From Eledone cirrhosa (taxonomy: Eukaryota): 64,000 nucleotides of DNA. Location of the stretch: assembly GCA_964016885.1 (NCBI GenBank), contig OZ024740.1, forward strand, positions 178,064,001 to 178,128,000, in the 5' to 3' direction. Numbering within the stretch: position 1 is the stretch's first letter; each line of letters begins with the position of its first letter. Below, one piece after another: positions 14,412 through 27,717 of this stretch. A program made the translations under genes and the position numbers. The notes below the pieces were generated by a model. It was not told where the DNA came from, searched no databases, and saw nothing but the letters and a program-made list of their open reading frames with translations.

Positions 14412-14445
<34 letters not shown>

Positions 14446-17400
14446 ACATCTTAAACCACCTTTTGTACCCTCACTTCTAAACATGCTGTTTACCTTTTTT
14501 AAAACTAAGTTTAAGAATTATCTTAAATTTATAAATTCAGAAATTTATAGAAATTATTTTTCCTTATAAGTCACCTGTCTATTTTAACTACAACTATGTA
14601 TTTCTGTGTATGTCTAAATCTGAGTTTAATATAATTTTTTTTCTTCTCAAGTTTCAGTCAAGCAACTACTACTTCTGACTAACTAACTTGTCAACATATC
14701 AAGAACCACTGTGATTGGTTTGTTCATAATTGTTTCTACTTTAGGCACAAGGCCAGCAATTACCCAGTACATTACGATTGGTTTGTTCATAATGGTAACA
14801 TATCATTACCACTAAGTCTTCATTTTGATTGGTTGGTTTGGAATTTGAACTTATTTTATGTGTATATAATCTCACATGCTGTCTGAGGTTCTGTTATGCC
14901 AAGTCTTCCTTCCCATATCTACTCTTTTGCCAACCCTGCCAGACACTATGAATTTATCTAAAATATTCCTTTTCTGATTTTCTTATTTCTCCCTATTTGA
15001 TAATAATCTTACCCCTTGTCTGATATTGGTAAATATTTTTTTCTTGTTTTTATTTATGTAAACAAAGTGTCTATAGTGTTTGTCATGGTTCAAATAATAA
15101 GGTTTGCTCAATCAAAACTGATCATAGACTAAACAGCTACAAGCACCTACCTGAACTCTTTAGTTGAATCAGAAGGTCTTATGCTTCTTGACATGTCATT
15201 AGGCAATGCTACAAGACTTTTAGAAATAATTTCAGATTTAGATCTCCCGTAAGTCTTGAAGATCTTATTTCGTCTTATAGCAGCTATAGCATTTCTTGGA
15301 ATGGTCTCAATATTATGAAAAGTAACTTCACTGTAAATTCCGACTTCATTGGTGATATATGGTGTTATACCTGTAAGCAAAAATCGGTTTAAAATATGAT
15401 TATTGGTATCATAATTTGAAACTTCCTTTGAGTTCTGCTTTTCAAAATCATGCTTAATGTTAACCTGGCACTTGAGACAAAATTTGATAATACACACATT
15501 TTATAATCAATTGTCACACAAATGATGCTGCAAGGGCACAAACAAAAGTAAATGTCCTTGCAAGGTTTTTAAATTAATAATGCCCTTCTCAGGGCATGGG
15601 CAGTACCAGTCAGCACTATTTTCTGTATATTATTATCAGTATCGGTAGAGGGTTGGATGCCATGCTTTCTAGCATAGTTACATCCCTTTACGTTCTGAGT
15701 TCAAATCCCGCCGAAGTTAACTTTGCCTTTCATCCTTATGGGGGTCGATAAAATAAAGTACCAGTAATATACTGGGTAATTGCTGCCCTTGTGCCAAAAG
15801 TAGAAACAATTATTATCATTGTCATTTCAATTATCTTGCTTTATGTTCATATGAGTTATCACCAAGTCACAACCAGTGATCTCAAGAGAAAACAAAGTCT
15901 GCCATGTTCAAGAAACACACACACACACATATTTGCACAGTTCTCATTAGTACTATCTTTTGCATTTCTTCTATACATGGGTTTCCTGGGATTTGGGAAA
16001 AGTAATCATTAGACCACTTAGGTTTCGTTCCTAGAATTATATTATTATTAGTGGATTGGCAGTATCATTAGAGGGTCAGACGACATGCTTTGCAGCAGTT
16101 ACGTTCCTTTACGGACTGAGTTCAAATCCCGCCGAGGTTAACTTTGCCTTTCATCCTTACGGGGGTCGATAAAATAAAGTACCAGTAATACACTGGGATA
16201 ATTGCTGGCCTTGTGCCAAAAGTAGAAACAATTATTATTATTATTATTATAATTATTATTATTCATCCAATGCCCTTGTGGCAAATAAAAAAAAATCATT
16301 ATCCGTATTGTTTGTGATATTTTTGTTATTATTTTTAATGCAAGGCTTTTGCATGTTTTTTCCTGGAATATGTCCCCCTTGTATTAGGAAAATTTTCCTT
16401 GTTTACTATTATAATAAAAGGGACCTGAACAAGGATAACACAGACAAATTTTTACCCATCATTCTGCTAAATGCAAAGGTCGATGTGGGCCAAGCTGTTA
16501 TTAAAGAGGCTGGGGTTTACTGGCAATGGTCTAATTGAAGTGGTGTAGACATGTACCATCCTGAAGAGAACCTATCCTCCACCTGATATGATACATAGGG
16601 GCCTTGACCAACTTAGATCAATTTAAAGCTTTTGTTAAGGTCAACCATAAGGACTTAAAAGCTGTCCTTCAAGTAGATGGTTTTCATTCACCCTTCAGGG
16701 AATGTGTCACTGCAATGTACTATAATATCTCTTTGGTGGCTAGAGTCCCCTATTTCAACCCTTCAGTAACATGCAATCAATCTGTCAAACTGCCCAGTCT
16801 CATTTCTTCTGTATGTACTGACTCTTGACTCACTATTGCAGAAACTATAGATGTTGAGGGGAATCCTGCATGGACTAGAATGCAGGAGATCCATGTAAGC
16901 ATATGCTAATGATGTTACTGTGGTAGTGTCAGGAGCAAAAATTAACCAGGGGTTCTGTAGTTCGACATCTAAAGAGGCGTGTCTATATTGTTCACCAGTT
17001 TGTTGAGGCACTAGACAGAGTAACTGGTTAAATTGTTCTAAGTCTGGTTTGGTCCAGCTCTCCAGATGGACAAGAACTGGGATGAAGTGGTGAGCTGTGC
17101 GGCTAGTCTCACATACACATGATCTAAGAGGGAGCTATTCCTAAGGTCAAGCAGAATGTCTACATCACCTCCATCATCTATTACCACCTGACCATCATAC
17201 CTTGTCCCAGTTCATGTCTGATTGGACTGGAGTGTCTGCCTTTTCACTCTTTGTGGAAGAGACACATTTCACTGGTTAGGATATTGATTTGTTATCAACA
17301 ACTGCTGTGCAGAGGTCCAGGCTTACTGTGGCTGGTGGTGTGCAGACATGCACTAAAGTTGTAACATCTTCAGAGTTTCCTTGACAGTGAACAGGTGCAG

Positions 17401-20400
17401 TCACTGTTAGTCAAATACACCGTTCCCTAGCTTTTCTGTTTGACAGAGTTGCAGTCATGTGTCACACAAAGACCGAATGTCATCAAGTGCTCAGAGACCT
17501 CAGCCATATCAGGCAATGCAGTTGGTGGAAATTCCACTTTGGCATTCTATATAGTGGTAGATAAAAACACCAATATTCCTCAGTAGACTCTGGATATCAA
17601 CAAAATTAGATAAGCTGTTATAGAGGACTTTTGGCCTAAGGCCCATCATATAATTTCCAGAAATCCCTGATCTAGAGAACATTACTAGTTTGGGATAAAC
17701 TCTACATGCACAAAAGTGCTATCAGCCAGGTCAGTCTGATGCATGCAAGGTGACAAATCTATCCTGTATGCACTTGTCCGGTGCTTAAGCATTGACTTAC
17801 AGAGTTATGTTGAACAACTGTTATCACATATCAGATAGATCTAGCTATCGGCAAAGTCCATTGCTCTGTTTCTTTGGCCAAGAAGAGCAGGACTATGCTG
17901 AAAGAGGTTGTGTAATGGATGATACTGAAATGGTGGAAGACAGAAAATGTTCTCTATGACCAAGCCCTTATAGACACTGTCATGTTTCACATGGGAAGTG
18001 CTCCAATCTAGCAAATTTGATGAAAGATAAATGAGAGAAGCAAGTACTGTGTTAGATTTAATTCATTAATCAAAACCAACAAATTTCTTGCCATGCAGTT
18101 TGATGAAGATTAGCAGTAAAAATAATGTATATGCTGGCATCAGGTCATAGAATACAGCCAGAAACAAGCCTTGTTTTAATCCATGCAATCATACAAAACC
18201 TGACATAAAAATAATGATAAGAGAAAAAATATTAAATATTAAAATAACATACCCATGTTATATTTAGGAGTTTTTTCAAGAGGTATCATCGTGCCAAATC
18301 CGCACATCTGTAGATTGGCCGCATAAATAATCTTCGGACTGATATAATATGGAAAACCACTCTTAACTTTCTGTATACTTAAAGAAGTATTATCAGGGTT
18401 TAAAGTAGATATATTTTCATGAACTTGCAGGACATTTTCTGATTGCAGTTTACCTGTTGGAAAGTTGGTGTCAATGGTGGTGAGGAAAAAATGATAAAAG
18501 AGGAAAGTGAAATTAAATTCAGGATATTTCACTTGCATAAAGGATCAATCAAATAATCAAGAAGTAATCATTGAATACATCAAAGTAGTGAATTGGCTGA
18601 GTTGTTAGAGCAATATTGGTTTTGTCTCTCTGTGCTCTGCTTTTAAATCTTACTGGAGGTATCTTTTAAATCTTGCACTAGGTACTATCTCAAAGAGTTT
18701 CCATAGCTGGTTAAAGAACATTAGCCAATCCCTCTTTTATGGCACACTTCAAAAGGCATGCCTACTGGGAACAGCAAGGACTGCCCAATACGTCCTGAAT
18801 ATCTGAGGCTGCAGGTAGCGGCTTGATGTTCATTTGGACAAATTTTATGGTTAAATAACATCAATGACTGACATATCAAATTCATAATAATAATAATTGT
18901 TTCTACTTTAGACACAAGGCCAGCAATGTTGGAGGATGGGAAAGTTGATTAAATCGACCCATTCATTCTGTTGCTTTATTGACCTAGTAAGGAAGAAAGG
19001 CAAACTTACACCGTAAGGGGGCATAACTCTGTGCTGCAAAGCATGGTGTCCAATGATCTACCGATACTACCAATCCACCACCCTCATCATCATCATCACC
19101 GTTTTACGTCCGTTCTTCCACGCTAGCATGGGTTAGACGGGTTGTCCTGTTGTGGGCAGTGTCTGGTCGGCTGACCATGCCTTGCTCATACAGGAACTGA
19201 TTTGGCTTGATTTCTACAGCTGGATGCCCTTCCTAACACCAACCTCATTTACAGTGAGTGCTGGGTGCTTTTTCGTGGCGCCTACACGTCCACTTTACAG
19301 TGTGGACTGGGTGCTTTTTTGCCGTGGCACCTCCACAACCACCTTGCGGTGGGGGGTGTGGGGGCATATTGTCTATATGCTTCAGCTTGTACCCATGGGA
19401 GGTCGGGTACTCTGTATTACTGCGTGACGCCAGAAGTCACGGTCATGTGTCATTGCCTTTGAGAGGTGTAATTGGGTAAGGTCGGTTTTTATCACCTCAT
19501 CCCAGGTCATCTTGGGTCTCCCCACTCCGCGGTTTCCATCAACTTCTAGTGCTCTGCACCTTTTTATGCAGCTGTCATCCTTCATACGCATCACATGTCC
19601 ATACCAGCGCAACCGCCTCTCCTGCACACAGCATTTGATTCCTCTTATGCTCAGTCTCTCTCTCAATTCATTTATGCTTTGTCGTTCACGTATATTACTG
19701 TTACACATCCACCGGAGCATGCAGGCTTCGTTTCTCTCTAATCTATGTAAGTCTTCCACCTTCAGCGCCCAGGTCTCACTACCATGCAACATTGCTGATA
19801 CACGCATCATACAGTCTGCCTTTCATTCTGAGGGAGAAGCCTTTTGCAGCTAGCAGTGGTAGTAGTTCCCTAAACTTCTTCCATCCCGTTCTTACTCTAG
19901 TTATTGTACTTTCTGAACACCCACCTCTGCTGCTAATTCGGTCACCTAAGTAGCAGAAGCTGTCTACTGTTTCTACAAAGCCCTCCCAGAGATTGGTGGT
20001 ACTTGTTTCCTGTGGCTGTTTGCTGCTTGCTGTCTCAGCACAGCTGCTGCATGTGAAGCCTACATTCTTAATTAAGCTTCCTGAGATCCCGCTACATCTC
20101 TTGTGTACCCATTGTTTGCATTTGGGGCAGAGAATGGAGTTCCTACCTACACCTTTCCTACATAATGAGCAAGGCCATTTCCCTGAGGGGATCTGGGTTC
20201 TGTTTTCTCGTCTACTTACAAGGACCTTAATCTTTCTCATGTTGACTTTGAGACCCTTTCTTTCTAGTCCCTGCTTCCAAGTTTGGAATTTATTCTCTAG
20301 TTCTACCATAGATTCATCTATGAGTGCGAGGTCATCAGCATACAGGAGTTCCCATGGGCATCCGGTCTTAAACTCCTCCGTTATTGCCTGCAGGACTATG

Positions 20401-23400
20401 ATGAACAGGAGGGGGCTAAGAACAGAGCCCTGGTGGACCCCAACCTGTACGCTAAATTCCTTGCTATACTCATTGCTAATCCTAACTTTGCTGACTGCTC
20501 CCCTATACATGGCTTGTACCGCTTTCACAAGCCATTCATCTTCTCCTAGTTTTCTAAGAGCCCACCAGATTACAGCATGTGGAACTCTGTCAAAGCTTTC
20601 TCAAGGTCGACAAATGCCAAGTAGAGTGGCTTACTTTTAGCTAGGTACTTTTCCTGTAATTGCCTCACAAGGAAGAGGGCATCAGTGGTGCCTCTTCCTG
20701 GTACAAACCCAAATTGCATCTCGTCTATTTTCACCCGGTCCCTAATCAACTGTGCTATAACTCTTTCTGTTACTTTCATGACCTGGTCCATCAACTTTAT
20801 ACCTCTATAGTTTCCTCTATCTAGTGCATCACCTTTACCTTTGTAGCAGTTGACAATGATGCTACTGCACCAATCTTTTGGTATGGCACCTTCTAGTATT
20901 ACCTGGTTAACAATACGTGTGGTTATAGTGTGACCTACAGACCCAGATGCCTTCAGCATCTCGGCAGCTATACCCGATGGACCGGTTGCCTTCCCCATCT
21001 TCATATCTTTGATTGCCTTACTTACTACGCTGCTGCTGACTTGTACTGCTGGTCCCTCTATAGGGTCTACTTGGGGTAGGGTCTCTTCTTCCAATGCATT
21101 CTCCTCATTTCAATAATAATAATAATAATTGTTTCTAATCTTGGCACAAGGCCAGCAATTATCCCAGGGCTTTGCTGGTGCTTTATTTTATCAACCCCGT
21201 AAGGATGAAAGGCAAAGTTAACCTCGACGGCATTTGAACTCAGAATGTAAAGGGCCATAACTATGTTGAAAAGCATGTTGTCCGATGCTTTACTGATTTT
21301 GCCAATCCTAATAATAATAATAATAAACTTACCTATTTGCTTTGGTATGAAAGAGAAGTAGATTCTTTCTTGTTGTCCAGGTTGAAGTACTCCTTTCGGC
21401 GGCAGAGTCCTGAAGTGAGCGCCATTCTTAAACATGTAATTTACAGGTAGTACAGGTGAGTAGTTTAAAAGGATTGCCTCTGTTTGCATTCTCTTTCCAA
21501 CAACACAAGAACCAAAGTCATATCTCTCTGGTTCGAGACTTAGCAATACTGGTAGTGCTGTACCTGTCACTGGTACTTCTAGTTTGTGTTTGGCTGATGA
21601 TGGTGATGTGTTGTTGGTAGTAGTGGTAATGATGAAGTTAAGAAAAATGAGAAACAGAAGACACAGAGAGAAAGAAAATGAAAATAAATAGAAAAACATA
21701 AAGATGAATAATAGTTATTTCCAATATAGATAAAAGATCCAAAAATTTTGCAGAGGGAAAAGTATATAGATGTTGGTATTACTACTTTATTTTATTTACT
21801 CCAGAAGGATGAAAGACAAAGGTGATCTTGGTAAACTCAGGACATAAAACAAGACAACTAATAATTCTTTTTAACATTGGCATATGACCATTATTTTGTG
21901 TGGAGGCGAAATTTGAATATATTTCATTTTATAGCCCTCGGAAGGATGAAAGGCTAAGTTAAACTTTGTGGGATTTGAATTCAGAGCATAGACATTCATA
22001 CTTAAATACTGCAAAGTATTTTGTTTGACACTGTACTGATACTTCCAATCTGCTGCACTCATGGTTTCTGATTTTGACACAAAGCCAGTAATTTAGGGGA
22101 AGGACAGTCGATTATATCAACCCCAGTACCTGGTATTTTATTTTATGAATCTTAGAAGGATGAAAGGCAAAGATGACTTCAGCGAGATTTGAACTTAGAA
22201 TGTTAAGAGCTGAAACAATTACTGCTAAGCATTTGTCCAAAGCTCTAATGAAATAAAATATCTATAGTCAATGAGTATGCTTTTATATGGTCACAGAATT
22301 TGTGAGACATAGCAGCCATATATCCTTCAAATAACACACTGCTCCCTTATATTAGGAAAAAGCACATTAGATAATGTAGCAATTGCAGACAAACTGCAAA
22401 AATAAAACAGGGTGGCCATGGCTGGAATGCAGTGCTGGATTTAGCCTCAGTAAGTCTGCAGGGCCTCTTATAGAAACATTAAAAAAGAGAGGCTCATGAA
22501 CATTGAAGAAATATATGCCAAGCTCTCTGAACTTTTAACATCTAGTTCTAACTCTGGTTACTACACTTTCAGAGCTCTCTCCTCCACTGCTGATTTTGTC
22601 ACCCAGGTAACGGAAGGTGTCTACTATTGCTATAGAACCATCTGGGAAGTTGTAGGAGATATCATCCAGTGGGTCCCTGCTACTTACTGCACCTGAGCAT
22701 CGGCCACATATAAAATCTACAGTCTTAGATAGCTTACCGCTGATCCCACTACATCTTTTTTGTACCCATAGTTTGCATTTGGGAAATAGAATGGGGTTTC
22801 TGCCTACTCCTTTCTTACACACTGAGCTTGCCATTTCCCAAGGGGTACCTGTGCCCTATTCTCCTTTCTACATACTAGAACCTTAGTCTTAGACAAGTTG
22901 ACTCTAAGGCCTTTTGATTCAAGGCCATGCTTCCTCTTTAGTTCAGCCATGGATTCAGCTATGAGAGTTAGATCATCTGCATATAGAAGTTCCCATGAGA
23001 AGCCAGTCTTAAACCCCTCTGTTATAGCCTGTAGGACAATAATAAACAGGAGGGGGATAAGGACAGAGCTCTGGTGAACCCCTACTATTACGCTAAATTC
23101 ATCACTATATTCTTCGTTAATTCTAACCTTGCTGACTGTTCCTTTATACATGGCTTGTATAGCTCTCACAAGCCATTCTTCCACTGCTAGTTTTCTAAGA
23201 GCCCTCCAGATTAACGTGCGTGGGACTCTGTCAAAGGCCTTCTCCAGGTCAGCAAAAGCTAAATAGAGGGGTTTACTGTTAGCTAGGTACTTCTGTAATT
23301 GCCGTACAAGGAAAAGAGCATCCGTGGTACTTTTACCTGGCACAAACCCAAACTGCATTTAATCTAGATTAATTTGGTCTCTAATCAGTTGAGTAATAAC

Positions 23401-26400
23401 TCTTTCTGTTACTTTCCTGACTTGGTCAACTAATTTAGTACCCCTAGAGTTTCCTCTATCCAGGGCATCTCCTTTGCCCTTGTAACAGTTGATGATGATG
23501 CTGCTACGTCAGTCATTTGGTATGACGCCATTCTGTATTACTTGGTTTACTATCCAGGTGACCATAGTATGTCCCACCATTCCAGCAACTCTCCCCGAAG
23601 GCCCAGCTGCCTTGCCTGTCTTCATATCTTTGATTGCCTTACTTATTATACTACCTTTAACTTGCACAGCTGGTCCTTCTTTTGGATCGATGTGGGGCAG
23701 ACTATCTTTATTCCATTCATTCTCCACATTCAGTAGTCTCTTGTACTGACACTTCCAAGCTACCTTCTTATCTCTATCAGTGAGGCCAAGTACACCATCG
23801 TCATTATGGACACACGTCTCCCCGACAATATCACAGTTCTCCTTGACACATTGCCTCGCGAATATCTCACGTCTTTGGTCCTCCCGTTGTAGAATATGTT
23901 CGAACTTACTATCCTCTGCTTCCCTCTTTGCAAGGTATACCTATTGTCTAGCTTCTCTACTAGCTACCCGATAGTGTTCTCTATTACCTGCGTCTTGCCA
24001 TTCTTTCCACGCCTGCTTTTTGCCCTTGATGGACTCCTCCACCTTACTGGTCCACCACCATGTCACTCTCCTCCTGCCTAACTGCTCCAGCCACAGATAC
24101 ATCAGATGCTTTCAACAGGTTAACTTTCAGGAATTCCCACTGTTCCTCTATATTGTATGACTAATTGCTCTTCCTTACTATCAAAAGCATCAAGTAATAT
24201 GTCTTTGAATTTGTTACTGGCTGCGGGGTTCTTCAACTTCCATAATCTTCTCCTTAAGGTATTGCTCTGCCGGCAATTACGTCCATCCCTGACTATGAGG
24301 TCACTTACTATTAAATTATGTTGGGAGGTGCATTCTTCGCGAGGGAGGGACTTAGTGTTCAAAACAGACACTTTGTCTCGTTTCTGAGTAAGGATAAATC
24401 TATCTGGCTGGTGTGCTCCCATGATCTATAAGTGATCAAATGACTGTCACGTTTTTTGAAGTTTGTGTTGCAGACAGTCAGGTCATTTGCATCACAGAAT
24501 TCCAGGATCCTGAAACCTTTCTCATTTCTAGTACCAAATCCATAACCTCCATGGACACCATCATAGCCATCACAATGTTGTCCAACATGACCATTAAGGT
24601 CGCCAGCAATAATTAAAAAGTCACTGTTGGGTATCTGGGAGGTAGTGAGCATTAGAGACTCATAGAACCTGTCTTTAGTAACGTCTGGTAATTCTGATTG
24701 GGGTGCATAAGCAGAAATAATTGATACAGTTGTCCTATTTAGTACTAATCTTATTTTAATGATCCTGTCATTCACTCTATCTACGGCAATTATCTTCTCT
24801 GCCCATTTTTCTGCTAACATAATTCTAACACCACCCAGCCCACTATCACAACCCATCCAGAAAAGCTTATAGCATTCTTTCCTGCCCACAATGAATCTAG
24901 CAGACCCACCCCTCCACCTGGTCTGTTGAACACAACAGACATTGACTTCCTTACGTTCAAGCATCTCTACAACCTCGTTTGAGTGACCTTTCAATGTGCC
25001 TACATTCATGGTACCAATTCTGAAATTTTGGATTTTGCTGGGGAGGAAGGAAGGAATGGAATGAGGCACAGCAAGGGGTGTAGGGGACAGAATTATATTG
25101 GTCTTGGGCTTCCATATCTGATATAATAGGGGTGCAGGAGACGGAATTATGTTGGTCTTGAGCTTCCGTATTTGATATGATGAGGAGCGTTTGCATTCTT
25201 GTCCTGAAACGGGAGGTGAATACATCTTGATCGTTGTGAGTGGTAACATTCCCCAACTCGGTAATCCATTTATCGTAGCGAACACCTAGGTCTAAGCTTA
25301 AGAAGTATCGGCCTTATGAGAGAGATTAGCATTAGAAGCCTTATTATAAAACCACTGAGTTTGAACTTTATATTTTAAAGCTCCATTTAAAAATACCTAG
25401 ACTCATGTATAACTAGACCTGAAAATTGCACAAGCTCAAAAGAGCCACAGAATGTTATAATAAACCTTCAAAAGTGTGGGACTAGAGTTGTTGCTCAAAA
25501 ATATTGTAATCATTATCTATCGTACACTCTGTGGCATCCTTTTATAAAAAAGAGACTCATAACGAACTCAAGATGACACGATAATTATTTAAGCTAATGT
25601 TCAATATCTCATATTAGATGTTTAGTAATGATTAATACGAAATGCACTTAAACCGAATTCTATATTATAAATTCACTTAAATAATTATCGTGTCATCTTG
25701 AGTTCGTTATGAGTCTCTTTTTTATAAAAGGATGTCACGGAGTGTACGATAGATAATGATTACAATATTTTTGAGCAACAACTCTAGTCCCACACTTTTG
25801 AAGGTTTATTTTAACATTCTGTGGCTCTTTTGAGCTTGCGCATTTTTCAGGTCTAGTTTAATATTTTATTAAGGCAACGCTTGTAATAACTCTAGTTAAA
25901 CATGATATATATTAATAAAAAATTATTGTTGTAATGTAATTAGATTATATTATTGTTATTTTATAAATGATCTTATAAATATTATTGTAAGATGTATAAA
26001 AATATTTTCAGACTTTTAATAGTTAATATAAATTTTTAAAATCATATATAAATTAACAATATAACTTACCAAAACGAGAAAAATATTTTCATGATAAACG
26101 ACGAAATACTGGAGGAAGATTCGAAAGCGAAACGATAAATAAACATGGAAACAAAGTGGTGGATGCTTTTGAGCAACAATTACTCTCGTTGGTTGATTAG
26201 CTAATAAGATGATGAAATTAGCCAATAAGACATTACAAAAGATGTTTGGGAGGCATCACTACGGCCAGCGATACTTGCATTTTTTATTCACAAGCTTCGC
26301 ATGTATGTCAGACACGCAGACTTAAAACATTCTGTTGTTAGTCACTGCATGTCTAACAGATCCCCCTGCCATTATTTGTCCTTGGCAGTATCGGTAGAGG

Positions 26401-27672
26401 GTCGGACGCTATGCTTTGACACATAGAGTTACGGCCTTTGCCATTCTGAGTTCAAATCCCGCCAAAATTTATTGTGTTATCATGAGAAAATATGGCAATA
26501 TTTAACACTAAATTTAAAAACATAATTTACAGAGGGGGGTCTCTATGTTGTCTGATCTGCAAGAAATAATAGCCAATTTCTATCAAATCACACTCTACCA
26601 TCTTTTAAAGAAAATTTTTAGAATACATAGAATGATGTAAACTTAGAAACAAGCCTGACAATAATAGAAGTTTGGGTTAAGTGAAACATATTTGATTATA
26701 ACTCTACTCCATCAAGGGTGACTGGAAGTTAGACATACAAAAAAGAACAGCAACACCAAAATAAAGTCTAACTTACTGTTCATCAAGGAAGTAAACAGAG
26801 AAAGAGATAGAGATAGTGAATGAGAGCAAGAGAGAAAGAGAGATTAAGAGAAAACAAAAGGCAAAGAGAGAGAGATAGAAAACAGGTTTACCCTGACTTT
26901 CAGGTGGAAATGGAATGCCAACTAAATTGAAGTTTACAAAGAGTACAAAGTCTCTTCTTGGAGGAGGTTCCTGTAAACATTTCCAGCCTGACTGAGATAA
27001 TTCCCATCTGAAACATTAAAAAATTACAATTAAAGTAACACAAAAAAATATTCATTACTTTCAACAAAGAAAAGTTCATCTCTATTTCTCTAAAGAGTGA
27101 CACATATATATGCATCTATCTATCTACATACATACATATAGGTAAAATCCCAACATGATGCCAAGTGTAAAGGCATATAGCTTAATGGTTAGAGAGTTGG
27201 ATTCAGAATTGTAACGTTGTGAGTTTGATTCCCAAGCCCGGTGGTGTGTTGTGTCCTTAAGCAAGACACCTTATTTCACATAGCTCCAATTCATTCAGCT
27301 GTAGAAATGAGTTGCGACATCACTGGTGTCAAGATTTATTAGCCTTTGCCTTGGACAACTTCTGTGGTGTGGAAAAGGGAGATGGCTATGTACGAATAAC
27401 TGCTGGTCTTCCAGAAAGGCACCATGTCCGGACCTGTGCCTTGGAGACATTCCTTCTAGGTGAAAATCCCATGGTCATTCATGACCGAAGGGGGTCTTTA
27501 CTCTTTATATATATATATAACAAATATATAGTAATAATAAATACAAAGTCCAAAATCCAAAGAGGACTCAATACGGGTTGTATACATATATATATATAAG
27601 TATCCATAAACCTGTAAAGCAAATATATATTATTAGTACAGATTAAAAAATCTGTACTAATAATAAATAATA

Positions 27673-27717
<45 letters not shown>

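Noticed and set aside
19240-19350. CRISPR-like spaced repeats
   Set aside because: Degenerate tandem units in an RTE 3' UTR; no unique spacers, no cas genes, eukaryotic context.
21067-21699. 210-aa ORF that looks like a CFAP47-SINE-RTE fusion protein
   Set aside because: Chance read-through: a strong gtaagt donor at 21332 ends the exon and the rest is intron.
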